Below, piece by piece: positions 13,267-25,382 of a DNA stretch of 64,000 bases (its first letter is position 1; the number at the start of each line of letters is the position of its first letter). This DNA comes from Octopus sinensis (Eukaryota), in assembly GCF_006345805.1 (NCBI RefSeq), contig NC_042999.1, forward strand, positions 116,870,001 to 116,934,000, written 5' to 3'. Below the pieces are notes generated by a model. It saw only the letters and a program-made list of their open reading frames with translations, did not search any database and had not been told where the DNA came from. Made by a program: the position numbers and the translations under genes.

Positions 13267-13593
13267 AGGCGCAGGAGTGGCTGTGTGGTAAGTAGCTTGT
13301 TTACCAACCACATGGTTCCGGGTTCAGTCCCACTGCGTGGCACCTTGGGCAAGTGTCTTCTACTATAACCTCGGGCCGACCAAAGCCTTGTGAGTGGATT
13401 TGGTAGACGGAAACTGAAAGAAGCCCGTCGTATATATGTATATATATATATATATATGCGTGTGTGTGTTTGTGTGTATGTGTTTGTCCCCCTAGCATTG
13501 CTTGACAACCGATGCTGGTGTGTTTATGTCCCCGTTACTTAGCGTTACATGGCCGCAGTCAAATGACTGAAACAAGTAAAAGAGTAAAAGAGT
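13267..13593 (+). mobile_element. Full-length tRNA-derived SINE family B (CORE-like motif, internal microsatellite)
   Basis: Head GGCGCAGGAGTGGCTGTGTGGTAAG...GGTTCAGTCCC (boxes A/B), caccttgggcaagtg, tail (gtaaaaga)n. Other copies: 19248-19686 -, 30365-30530 +, 32250-32420 -, 34537-34990 +, 36985-37383 -, 37563-37720 +, 44105-44235 -, 50360-50500 +, 53722-53912 -. Confidence 0.9.
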
Positions 13594-14421
13594 ATACTCC
13601 ATCAAGACCATAGAGCTATCTAGGAGTTGAGCTCTGTTATGGGCAGAGAAACTCAAGCAATGAGACGGGCGGCGCAATGCACAGAGCCCACTTATTGAAG
13701 AAGGTCACTTGCTGGTTTTTTGCACCGAAGAGCTAGAGAGAGAGCGAGAGAGAGAGAGAGACAGACAGACAGAGACAGACAGACAGATAGACAGACAGGG
13801 ATGAGTGAGTGAGTGAGTGAATGAGTGAGTGAGTGAGTGAGTGAGTGAGTGAATGAAAAAGGAGAGAGAGAGAGTAAGAGAACAGAAAACAGCAACAAAC
13901 CAGTAACTATACCAACAACAGGCGCCATAGTTCAATACCACGACTTGCTGAGACGCTGGAGAAGATCTCTTCGCCCTCAATTACAGAGTGGATGATTCCA
14001 AGCTGTACAATCCCATCTTCTTGCAAGGATGAGAAGCAAATAGGAGTCGTGTGGAATTAGCAGGTCATTGCTATAAAGAGGCAGAAAATAAAAGAAAATG
14101 AAAAAGACAAAAGCGACCGTCCCGTCAGAAAGCTGGATCGAGAGTAGAAGAGAAGCATTGACAGTGGAAAACATGAAATTTTAAGGTTGAAGAGAGAATA
14201 ACTAAAAGCTGAACACATTGTTATTTGAATTGGATGAGAAGGCAATCAATATAAGGAAAGAAAGGTAATTGAGGTATTGTAACTCAGGCAGTAGTGATCT
14301 TTTACAGCAGAGTAATCTGCCAACAATCAACCGTCCACGTTAGACACTATAATCTTACAAGCGAAAAGACAAGTTTGTTTACATTTAAGTCGTAATCGTA
14401 ACGATAGAAGCATCGAGAAAT

Positions 14422-14445
14422 ATGCAAACAAATTGTCTAAATACG
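14422..14445 (+). other. Candidate first coding exon segment (MQTNCLNT) ending at a consensus donor
   Basis: ATG at 14422 and CG|GTAAGT at 14445/14446, preceded by ~800 bp of purine/GA-repeat-rich, 5'UTR-like unique sequence. Confidence 0.25.
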
Positions 14446-14648
14446 GTAAGTCTTCAATGGTGATCCTGAGATAAATACATACATGTTGATGTTTCGATTG
14501 TTACGATCTGAATATCTGAGATATATATATATTTCTAATTTATATATATATATATATAATATTTTGTGTAATTTGATTTAGTATTTCTAAATTGAATTTT
14601 TCCCTGTAAGTTTGGAATAATATCCTCTCATATTATATATATATATAC

Positions 14649-15866
14649 GGAGAATTCACAAAAAAACAAAAAAAAAAACAAAAGACGAAGTCAGATGGTG
14701 TAGACAACAAACAGATGTATTAGTTTAACGCTCGGGAAGTGAAAAATTCTAACGTTTCAAGCCTACGCTCTTCCACAGAAAACAACACAGAGAGAAGCAA
14801 GGAGAGAAAATAAAGAATGTGTAGTGGCTAGCGATCTGTCATGGCGAAGGCCGGACAGAGGGATCACAAAGGAGAGCTAGAAGGAAGGGGAGATAATGAA
14901 GTAGTGGTGATCCCAAAATGAAGGTGCGCGTGCGTGTGTATAAGAGAATTTGTATGTGCGTGTGGAAGAGGGCTGGTGACCGTGATGTGTGCGTGCGTGT
15001 ATCTGTAGGTGTGTGGATGTGGAGCTGGGGAGTGGTCAGTGCTAGTTTGTGCGTGGTAGTGTGATGTGGTGTTGTGTGGTATGGTGGTGTATGGTGTAGT
15101 GGTGTGTGGTGTGATGGTGATGGGAGGTGGGGGAGGCGAGAGTGGGAAAGCAAGGGTGGGATAGAGATGGGGGTATGTGAGTAGGCTGAGGGTGGGGGTA
15201 GAGGTGGGGTGGGATGAATAGGGAAGGTGGGTTGATGTGTAGGGATGGGGTGGGGTTACGAGGGAGGGGTGACGATGAAGGAAGCAAGGGAGAAGGTTGG
15301 TAGCAGTGAAGAGAAGAGAGAAGGGGAGTAGGAGTGAAGAGAAGTAGGAGAGGTGGGTGGGAGGAAGTAGGTGTGAGGGGAAGAGAGGAGATGGGAGGAG
15401 GTTAGATGAAGAGGGGGAGGAGAGTTGAGCCCATGTGGCGCAAAGGAGCGAAGAGAGAAGATTAATCCTTGTTCACGGCGCAAACGGGAGTCCGGATGGC
15501 CCCTGTGCAAGGACAATCCGAACACAGACAAGTGTTGCAAAGAGTGACCGGTAGAGCGGGAATGGCGTGAGACCGGGGTGCCATTGCCGAGGCGGATATC
15601 TCGGAGGTGTTCCGCGAACCGGTCAGCCAAGTGGCGTCCCGTTTGCCCGATGTATAGAGAAGAGCAAAGAGAGTACTTCGCCCTGATAGATTGCAAGCCA
15701 CTACGCATTCTTTATTTTCTCTCCTAGTTTCTTTCTGTGTTCCTTTCTGTGGAAGAGCGTAGGCTTGAAACGTTAAAGACTTTTTCACTTCCCGAGCGTT
15801 AAACTAATACATATGTTTGTTATCTACACTACCTGTCTTCGTCTTTTGCTTCTTTTTGTGAATTCT

Positions 15867-15868
<2 letters not shown>
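14649..15868 (-). mobile_element. 5'-truncated Penelope-like element: GIY-YIG endonuclease with inverted pseudo-LTRs, in (TA)n
   Basis: LCSSLYIGQTGRHLADRFAEHLRDIR..PVSRH..HS..REQGLIFSLRSFAPHGLN. About 200-bp inverted repeats at 14649-14849 and 15676-15868, with (TA)n on both sides. Confidence 0.92.
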
Positions 15869-15925
<57 letters not shown>

Positions 15926-15928
15926 GAA

Positions 15929-16140
15929 AGGGTGGCCCAAAAGTAGGTCTACAGTTATCACGTAGGCATCCTAAATTTCTTTTAAAATATTTTATTATAT
16001 TTAAATTTCTATCTTACAATTAACTAAATTAGCATAGAATAATGGTTTCATATTTTTTTTAATAATTAATATCTAAACTGTTAACATATGAATGCGAAAG
16101 AGATAGTTGAAAAACTGTAAACCTACTTTTGGGCCACGCT
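15929..16140. mobile_element. Tc1/mariner-type MITE
   Basis: 28-bp TIRs AGGGTGGCCCAAAAGTAGGTCTACAGTT / AACTGTAAACCTACTTTTGGGCCACGCT. Confidence 0.85.
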
Positions 16141-16664
16141 ATATATATTTTATCATATTTTATTAGAAAATATAAACCCCTTTTGATTGCGTCCACTACA
16201 AATGACACAATAACAATCGCCTTCGAATTATACCCACGCAAATATTAAAAACGATATATTCAGAACAGTCACTACCCAAGAATTTATTCAGAACAATTCC
16301 AATCACTACTATTATAACCACAACGGGTCACTTTTAGGTCACTTGACCATTTAAGAGAATTTCACCATAAAGAGGATTCTACTACTGTCATACCACTCCC
16401 GCATTTTTATTATTCGTTCTCTTTTCCTACTCCATCTTCTTCTTCTTCTTCTTCTTCTTCTTCTTCTTCTTCTTCTTCTTCTTCTTCTCTTCTTCTTCTT
16501 CTTCTTCTTCTTCTTCTTCTTCAGCTACTACTGCTGTTTAAACAATCAAAACCAAGAACTCATATCAAATATTAGGACTGCTACTACCTGCTACCTGCTA
16601 CCAAACCCTCACAAGAGTAAAGTGAGAGATAAATTCAATATTTTTCACTAGAGCACATATATTC

Positions 16665-16788
16665 TATTAATCTTCACAAGAAAAATGTTAACAGTGACTT
16701 CGAACTTTCTGCCTTACTAGCCGTCATGAGACTACCTAATGCCGAAATTTCGAAGTCACTTTGAACAACTTCCTTACAAAATTTAATA
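16665..16788. repeat. Degenerate ~124-bp palindrome (old MITE or hairpin)
   Basis: Perfect agtgacttcgaa/ttcgaagtcact core, imperfect pairing outward to tattaa/ttaata, and central tcatga. Confidence 0.75.
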
Positions 16789-17659
16789 CATGTATACACG
16801 CACATACGCATTTGTGCACATGTATTCCTTTATTATTTGACTAAATTTATGAGAAAAGAACAGACAGCCGCTCAGCAAGGACTATTTCGATAAATTATAT
16901 TGAAATTCTGAAAAATGGTTAAATGAAACATTCTGACGACATTCTTACATGCTCAGCTGCGTTTCTGTCTAAATATTTTCTATTGTTTAGCATTCTAATA
17001 CTACTCCTTGTGTAAGGTTATTTGGACATTCTGAATACAAAAGTAGACCCATAAAAGTAACATAAAATTTTAAGTTTTTCATTTATTGCCCGTTAATATT
17101 TCTTATTTCATATTTGTTTTCTACATATGTCCACCGAGCAATGAATTCCAACTACGTTTCTTATATCTTCTTGCTTAATGGTGGGAGCAGTAGCCATTCT
17201 ATTATCTATTATCTATTATCCCGATTTACTAAGGCTTTTCGTTTCTTTTTCAATGTTTTATTGCTATTACTCAGTAGTGCTACTTGCTCTTAGTTCTGTG
17301 TAATACTTAACACCTAAATAAAATATCGCATATACAGAGGCAGCACACGTTTACACACACAAGCACAACTAGCGCGCGCGTACAGTACTAATTTTATTAG
17401 ATGAATCCATTTCTTTGTAAATAAATATTTTCTTTTGGAAAGAATATATTTATATATGAGACACAACAATGCACAGCATCAACATTTATATAAAGTAGAT
17501 GATAATGCTAATTTCTTTGTATTTGTTGCAAATTTAGATGAGAAAAATATTGTCGACTGCATAGACAACATGTTACATACTTTATCGATATCAGAGGACA
17601 GAAGATAAAGTTAACCTCAGCCGGATTTGAACTGCCGTTTGATGGTGTATAAGTACTCA

Positions 17660-18018
17660 ACGGTGCGAAAAATCAAAGATATTGAGACTGATAGATTTAA
17701 GTATCTGGGTGTTTTGGAATATGACAAAATGAAGGAAAATGAAACTAAGGAAATCTTTAGGCGAGAATATCTCAGAAGAACCAAATTAATTATGGGAAGT
17801 AGACTCAATGGAAAAACAAGATCAGAACACATGGGCTGTTTCCTTGATGTGATATGGCGCAGGTGTTGTTAGCTGGACAAAGAATGAGCTTGAGGAAATG
17901 TACAGGAAAACTAGAAAAGTGAGGACAATTAATAAGGAACTACACCCCAAAAGCGATTTTGACAGGTTGTATGTGCCTAGGAACAAAGGGGGAAGAGGCC
18001 TCGTCAGATGCAAGATCT
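17660..18018 (+). mobile_element. R4/Dong-like LINE fragment (post-RT region)
   Basis: FKYLGVLEYDKMKENETKEIFRREYLRRTKLIMGSRLNG / YGAGVVSWTKNELEEMYRKTRK..LHPKSDFDRLYVPRNKGGRGL, homologous to 1230-1500. Confidence 0.85.
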
Positions 18019-19125
18019 GATTACTTTACAACCCTAGTGCTCAACTGGTACTTTTTTTATCGACCTCAAAATGATGAAAGGCGAAGTTGACTGCGGGCAT
18101 CTAGTCCACACAGTATAAAGGTATGATATAATGTACATGTGGTAGATGTAGACAGTATAAAGAGAAAGTGTAGCGAAAATAGCTGTACTGCTAAATGGGG
18201 TAGCAAGTATTGTGAAGGCCGAGTAGAAAAAGTGGGTGAAGATTGGCAAAGTAAGGAACATTATGATGGAAGACGAAAAAAGTGGGAGATAAATTGTAGT
18301 CAGAGTATAAAAGGAACAAAAGTCAATAAGGAATAGACTGACAAATGATTGGAAATGCATGAACACGATCAAACAGCTGTCTTGACAAGCAGTTGTTCTA
18401 GCAATGTCACAGGCTAGCAGTTGCTAATGGTGCTTTCACTGTGCAATGTGTATTTTCTTGAAACACTGGCAGTTAGTATGTTTTTTAATCAATATTTTTT
18501 AATATTAAAATAAAAACTTTTTCATTTAAAAAAAAGAACCCATTTAGAGTAACGTTTATCGCCACTTAAACATGAATCTTCCGTAGGAACCAATGTTACT
18601 GCTGTTTTTAACCCCAGGAGGATGCCTCCTCCAGCTGGTTATTCGATGCAATCTGCACCTGATATATATTGCAAGCAAGGGAGTGAATCCTTACCATCTT
18701 CCAGCCACGAAACCAACAGGCCTTATGGTTTCGACCTCTTTGTGGTCATCCTCGGTGGTGGATACTCGTCTGCTAGAAATAGCAGTAGTCCACTCCTGCT
18801 CGCAATATACAGTATATCTTATATACAATCTATCTTGCAACAAGCAAATTAGCTTTCTACGAATAGTTCACAACCAATTGATTTTGACAGTCTGGTTAGA
18901 TGATTTGTGCAGTTCATTGTTAGTGAACCCGTCAGTTCAAAAGTTAGCGAAGTACAATTTCAAGATGGAACTAAAAATTAAAAACAGAAACGTAGCATAA
19001 TCTAAATCACTTCCTAAACCTGTAAAGTTGAGACAGTAAGAGACAACAAACAACGGCCTCGTTTCAATTTTGACCAGTAGTTCTCAACTGCGGCCCATAT
19101 GACCCATGGGGTCCATGTAAGTCTT

Positions 19126-19157
<32 letters not shown>

Positions 19158-19431
19158 GATACATACATACATACATACATACATACATACATACATGCAT
19201 GTATGCATATATACACATACGTATATATGTTTGCATGTATCTTTCACCTTTTACTCGTTTCAGTTATTGGACGGTAGCCATGCTGGAGCGCCACTTTTTT
19301 AGTCGAATGAATCACTCCCAGGGCTAATTTGTTTAAAGCCTGGTACCTATTCTATCGGCCTCCTTTACCAAACCGCTAAGTTATAGATACGGAAAGAAAC
19401 TAGCACCGGTTATCAAACAGTGATGGTGGAC

Positions 19432-19481
<50 letters not shown>

Positions 19482-19510
19482 GCACACACATACACACACA
19501 CACACACACT

Positions 19511-19542
<32 letters not shown>

Positions 19543-19721
19543 CGACGAGCTACCGGATCCACTCACAAACTTCTGGTCGGCGTGGGGCTGTAGAAGAAGA
19601 CACTTGCCCAAGGTACCACACAGTGGGATTGAACCCAGAACAGTATATTTCGGAAACCAAAATCGTTACCACACAGCCATTCCTGCATATACATACATAC
19701 ATACATACATACATACATACA

Positions 19722-19755
<34 letters not shown>

Positions 19756-19825
19756 CATACATACATACATACATATATACATACATACATACATACACAC
19801 ATACATACATACATACATACATACA

Positions 19826-19859
<34 letters not shown>

Positions 19860-20180
19860 CATACATACATACACACACATACAAGTATGTTTGTATGTGT
19901 AAATGCATATGTGCGTTTTGTGAGGTTATGCACATTCTTGATCATAGCTTTTAAGTGCACACGTGCTTCCATAATACCATATCAATTTTAATAAGCAGAT
20001 GTTTGTTTATTGGTGTGTCTGGGTGTATATGAGTGTGTACGTGCTTGTATGTATACTTGTTGGTGCGTGTGTATATGCGTTGAACTTCTTTTATATTATG
20101 CGTATATAAACCGATCCCTGCATAGGTATGCCTTTGTGTTTACTAGTACATGATTTCTTACAGACGACATACATATGTGC

Positions 20181-20227
<47 letters not shown>

Positions 20228-21104
20228 GTATGTCTATGAGTCACTGTATGTGTGTGCATGTGTCCCCATATTTATGTATGCATGCATTTGTGCACAGATA
20301 TGTATATACAAACGCATACATGCATACATGCATACATACATGTATGTGTTTGTATAACTGTATAATGTTTCTCTGAATGTAGTTTAATAAGTGTAAAAGT
20401 TAGCTATTCATATAAGAAAATAATTGCTTGTTCTTTATGAGCGAGTTAGTTGTGTGTGTATGTGTGTATGTGCATGTGCATGTGCGTATGTGTAATATTG
20501 CTTGTCTGTCAACTTCTGTGTAGGCACGCGTATGTTTTCACGCGCGTGCACACGTCTTTTTATTTCTTTTCTTTTTTCTCTTTCTTCTTCTTTCCTTAGA
20601 AATATAGCTTTGTAATTGCATCTGATTCCACCACCACACCCGTTGAAACTTTTCTTCCCCTACCTCTACCGAAAAATAACATTCTTTCTTTTATGCCATT
20701 TTAGTATATATTTCTACTTTTCAATTATTTTCACATCTTCTCTTGGAAAAATTCAATTTTCAGCTTATATTATTTATTTGCTTATTCTAAATCGCAGTTT
20801 CGTATTCCCAGTCGAAGTCATATTATTATCTAGAATTTGTGATTCAAAACTGATGGAAAAATACCCCCGGTGGAAAATTTCCGTATTCCTTGGGGGAAAA
20901 CTTGGTGATTCCAGTGGGGAAATTGTTTCTAGGTTGAAATTTCATTTTTCTTTTTTAATCAGCGTCCGCTCTATGTTTGCAAGATTTATTTTCCTTAATG
21001 TTGATTTTAGACATGTTTATGTCTAATATAAGTTTGTTCATATTATGCAATAAATTGGACTGTATACAAGGTTATATATTTTTCCTACATACATACGTAC
21101 ACGC

Positions 21105-21205
<101 letters not shown>

Positions 21206-22189
21206 GCATATATATATATGTGTATGTATATATGTATGATTAAAAATTCCTAGTTTACAATATATGGTTTCAAATTTTATTTTATATTATTTTATTTTAT
21301 TTTATTTTATTTTTACCTGAATTTTTGTCGATATTTTCAGGACAGGGCGGAGTTTACTAATTCTTTCTTTCACTATTTGTTCGGTTTCTTCAACAACTTT
21401 CATACTTCTTATTCATTCACTTTTAATATTTAATTCCATGTGCATAATACATACACACGTACATACATACATACATACATACATACATACATTTGTTTTT
21501 TAAGTCTTTCTTCGATTTAATTGCTATTCTACCCATTTTCTTTTCTTTCTTTTATTTTCTCTTACTCAATTTCTAAATATTTATATTCAATTTCTTTTTC
21601 TTTTTCTCAATTCCTCATCAAAAAAATTTCACTTTTCTCACATATATTTATTTGTTTATTCTTTACCACAGTTTCGTATTTCTAGTTGACGTAAGCATTT
21701 ATTTCGATATATTTGATTTTTTCCCCTCTCCTTCAAGTTAGTTTATTTTATTTTATTTTATTTTACCTGAAATTTTGTTTGTCAACTTTAAAGAGAAGGC
21801 GGAGTCAGCTGGTTCTTTTCTTTAGAATTCCAGAACCAAATATCTGACACAGCTTTGCATTTAATTTCAGCAGATACCATTATCAGTGCCAGATGTTTCC
21901 TCCAGGGAGTTCAACAGAGAAGGGCCACATAGCTCACAATTTGCTTCATCAGAACCTACTAACTTATACTAGATCTGCTTGATTTTACTCAGTTGACTTG
22001 TAAATTTAAGATTTTATGTTTTCCTTTTCTGTTTGCTTTCGTGCCACACCTACCTTTTTTTTTTTTATTTGTTGCTTTATTTTTTTTATATTTTGTTATT
22101 TGTTTTATTTTAGGGAGGGGTTTTCTTTTACGAAAACCACTACCATGACTTCGGGTTCACCATCATCATTAGCCTCGTCGTTAATACTG

Positions 22190-22304
22190 GCGTCACAGTC
22201 GTCATCTTCTTTTCTGCTCCTGCTCCTGCTCCTCCTCTTCGTTTTCAAGATTATCATCATCATCGGCATCATCATCATCATCGTCGTCTTCACATGTATC
22301 ATCA

Positions 22305-22336
<32 letters not shown>

Positions 22337-22340
22337 ATCA

Positions 22341-22375
<35 letters not shown>

Positions 22376-22620
22376 ATCGTCATCATCATCGTCGTCGCCG
22401 TCATTGTCGTTGTCGTCGTCGTCGTCATCATCATCATCAACGTTCTCCTCACCGTCACCATTATCGAGTCATCGTCATCATCATCTTCATCATCATCATC
22501 ATCATAATCGCAATCATCATCGTCTTCACATATATCATCGTCGTCGTCGTCATCGTCATCATCATCATCATCGTCGTCGTCGCCGCCGTCATCGTCGTTG
22601 TCGTCGTCGTCATCATCAGT
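22190..22620. repeat. Compound (CAT/CGT)n microsatellite
   Basis: Directly visible. Confidence 0.97.
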
Positions 22621-22915
22621 TATTATTTTTTCGTTGGCAAGTCACTGTCTAATCCAAAGATAAGAGTTTCTTCTCTTTTAGGATTAAGTTATTTTCAGAA
22701 TATTTTCCCATTACGTACCGTTTTTGGTATTTATACCCTGAAAACCCCTAACATTTCAACAACCACATGTCCCATTTACGCGAAACTTGTTTTATTCCGT
22801 TCGTATTCACATTTCAGGGAAAACTTAATTCAGAGTATTTTCCCATTATGCGCCAGTTTGGCTGGGTAACATTGCAAGCAAGCAAGCAAGATTCAAGCTC
22901 ACTTTTAATGTATTA

Positions 22916-22977
<62 letters not shown>

Positions 22978-23018
22978 ATATACGCGCGCGCAAACACACG
23001 CACATATATATTTATTCA

Positions 23019-23853
23019 CAGAGTATCCGAGCTAAATTTAACCGTTTGCATAAAACGAATAGAAAACACAATGCCCCAGCCGAAAGTAAAAGTATTTTAA
23101 AAAAGCAAAAAATATCAATTAGATTATAGCAGAGAGATAACAGTTTACTCAAAGTAGCCGCCCTCAGCTTCTCTCATGGCCTCAAGAAGGCTCTGGAATC
23201 TGACGAATGCCTTCTTCCCTATGACTCTGGAAAGGTCTTCGAACGCCTCTTTGATCTTGGTCACCACTTCGGCCTTGATATTGCAAGGAAAGCGAATAAT
23301 GTCATTCCAAACCGTGTCCTATGGGATTCCAATCGGGAGGATTAGGAAGCTAGAAATTTGGATTGAAGTCATAGAAATCCTCCAACAACCACTTCTGGCT
23401 CTTTCTCGAGGTATAGCAAGGAGCCGAATCGTGTTGCCACACATATGTCCTTCCAGCAGCAACCCTCTCCAGCTATAGGAACTGATCACAATCTCCAACA
23501 GCTTCACATAGCCATCTGAATCGATACTAAGGCTCTGTTCAAAGATATGAGGAGGTATGACGTCACTCTCACTAGAGACACGCAAAGTTTGGGGGAACTT
23601 GCTTTTGTCCATGTCACAGTGTTGATAGAGCCCCGAGCAGCAGTCATGATATCGGCATTTTGATACCCTGCACGAATCATCATGATATTGGTAACTCTTT
23701 TCCAATATTCAGATGGTTTCCAGCCCTCCGTGTCAGCTAACTTATTCTCAACTACAACTTTAATCTTTATGCCCTCCAACACCGTTGACTGTTCACCAAT
23801 ACATCAAATTGCTGAAAAAAAAGAGACATAAAATTCATCAAATTTAGCCCCCT

Positions 23854-23854
<1 letters not shown>
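23019..23854 (-). mobile_element. Internally deleted Tc1/mariner element, maT (DD37D)-like
   Basis: VSSESDVIPPHIFEQSLSIDSDGYVKLLE, GRTYVWQHDSAPCYTSRKSQKWL, LPNPPDWNP and EAMREAEGGYFE*. The terminus reads TA|CAGGGGGCTAAATTT. Confidence 0.82.
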
Positions 23855-23934
<80 letters not shown>

Positions 23935-24494
23935 AACACACATACACACACACACGCGCACGGACCAATAATAAACAATATTAGTGTTAAAATATAAAAT
24001 TCAAATGAAGTAGAGAATAATATAAGTTAAATGGATAAGTCACACCTTATATCTTGTGGTTACCTTTTGAAAGATATTTATTTGTTTATTTATTTATTAC
24101 GTAGACCCTCACTGTTTTTTTTTTACTAGTTCCCTTCTTTTTTTTTCTTCGCCCTTTCGGTAAAATTTCTACGTACAAAAGCAATGATCAGCAGCGTTTG
24201 AACAAGCTAATGTCTTATCTTGTCTTATCGTACAACATTCTCTACCGGATTACGTCATAGTGATATCATTTGCTTCAGTGAGGGCGAACGTGAAACAGGT
24301 GTTTGCTGATCCAGTCACCACCTTAGTAAAATGTACTAACAAGGTAAAGGATTTCGGTTTTACCTGCAGGCTTCAAACTACAGGTTTTAAACGTGGACAT
24401 CAGTTGTATTGCTCTCACCATTTGGTGAGGTTTGGACTGGAAAAAAAAACACGTGCTCTGTTTCTTCCCTGACTAATTGATAAAGTATCTTCAT

Positions 24495-24566
<72 letters not shown>

Positions 24567-25382
24567 GAATATCTGCGAATGTTTCGTCGGCGAAATGGAA
24601 GAGTAGTAATTGTTATTGTGATAATGTATACATAGCTGGATGTGGGTGAAGTTACTGTACATCATGTATGACGCCCAGCAAAGAGTAGGTATATGCCACA
24701 AAAAGTATTACGTATGACAACAGAAAGGATCTACGCAATAGAAAAATTGATGGGTGAGGTATATGCTCCCTTTCTGTTGGAGCTCTTCTGTCTCACCCAC
24801 CTGTAATAGAAAAGGAAGAGAGAAAAAGCTGGTGACAGAGACGATGACGTCTTGTGGAAATAGAACACAATGTGGATAAGTAGGATACATTTCAAAAGAT
24901 GTGACATGACGGGAAAGAGACTCAAGATACAAAGAATTTGGACCAACGTTAAAGTTAAGGAGGAAAATTAAAAAATAACAAAACACAACATAAAGAAGTG
25001 AGGCTTAATATAAAGCGACGAGCTGGTAGAATCGCCATCGCGCGGTCAAATTGCTTAGCAGCATTTCTTCAAGTTCTATGTTCTGCTTTCAAATGTTGCC
25101 AGGTCAGATTTACTTTTCATTCTTTCGGGATCAATAAAGTAAGTACCAGTTGAGTACCATGGTTGATGTAATCGACTATCCCTTCCTCACAAAACTTCAG
25201 GCCTTGTACCTATAATAGAAAGAATATAAAGGTGAAATTTAGACTGGATATAGAAATGAAAAAAATGAATGTGACAAAGAGACAAGAAACAACTCAAATG
25301 GGTGAGACAGAAGACAAAAAGAGCTAGAATACAAAAACAAAATAGTCAAACATAACACGATGACAATTAGGTAAGACATATA

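Noticed and set aside
21868-21957. GSDEANC (LDLa-like) peptide on - strand
   Set aside because: It lacks the other cysteines, is bounded by stops and has no good acceptor.
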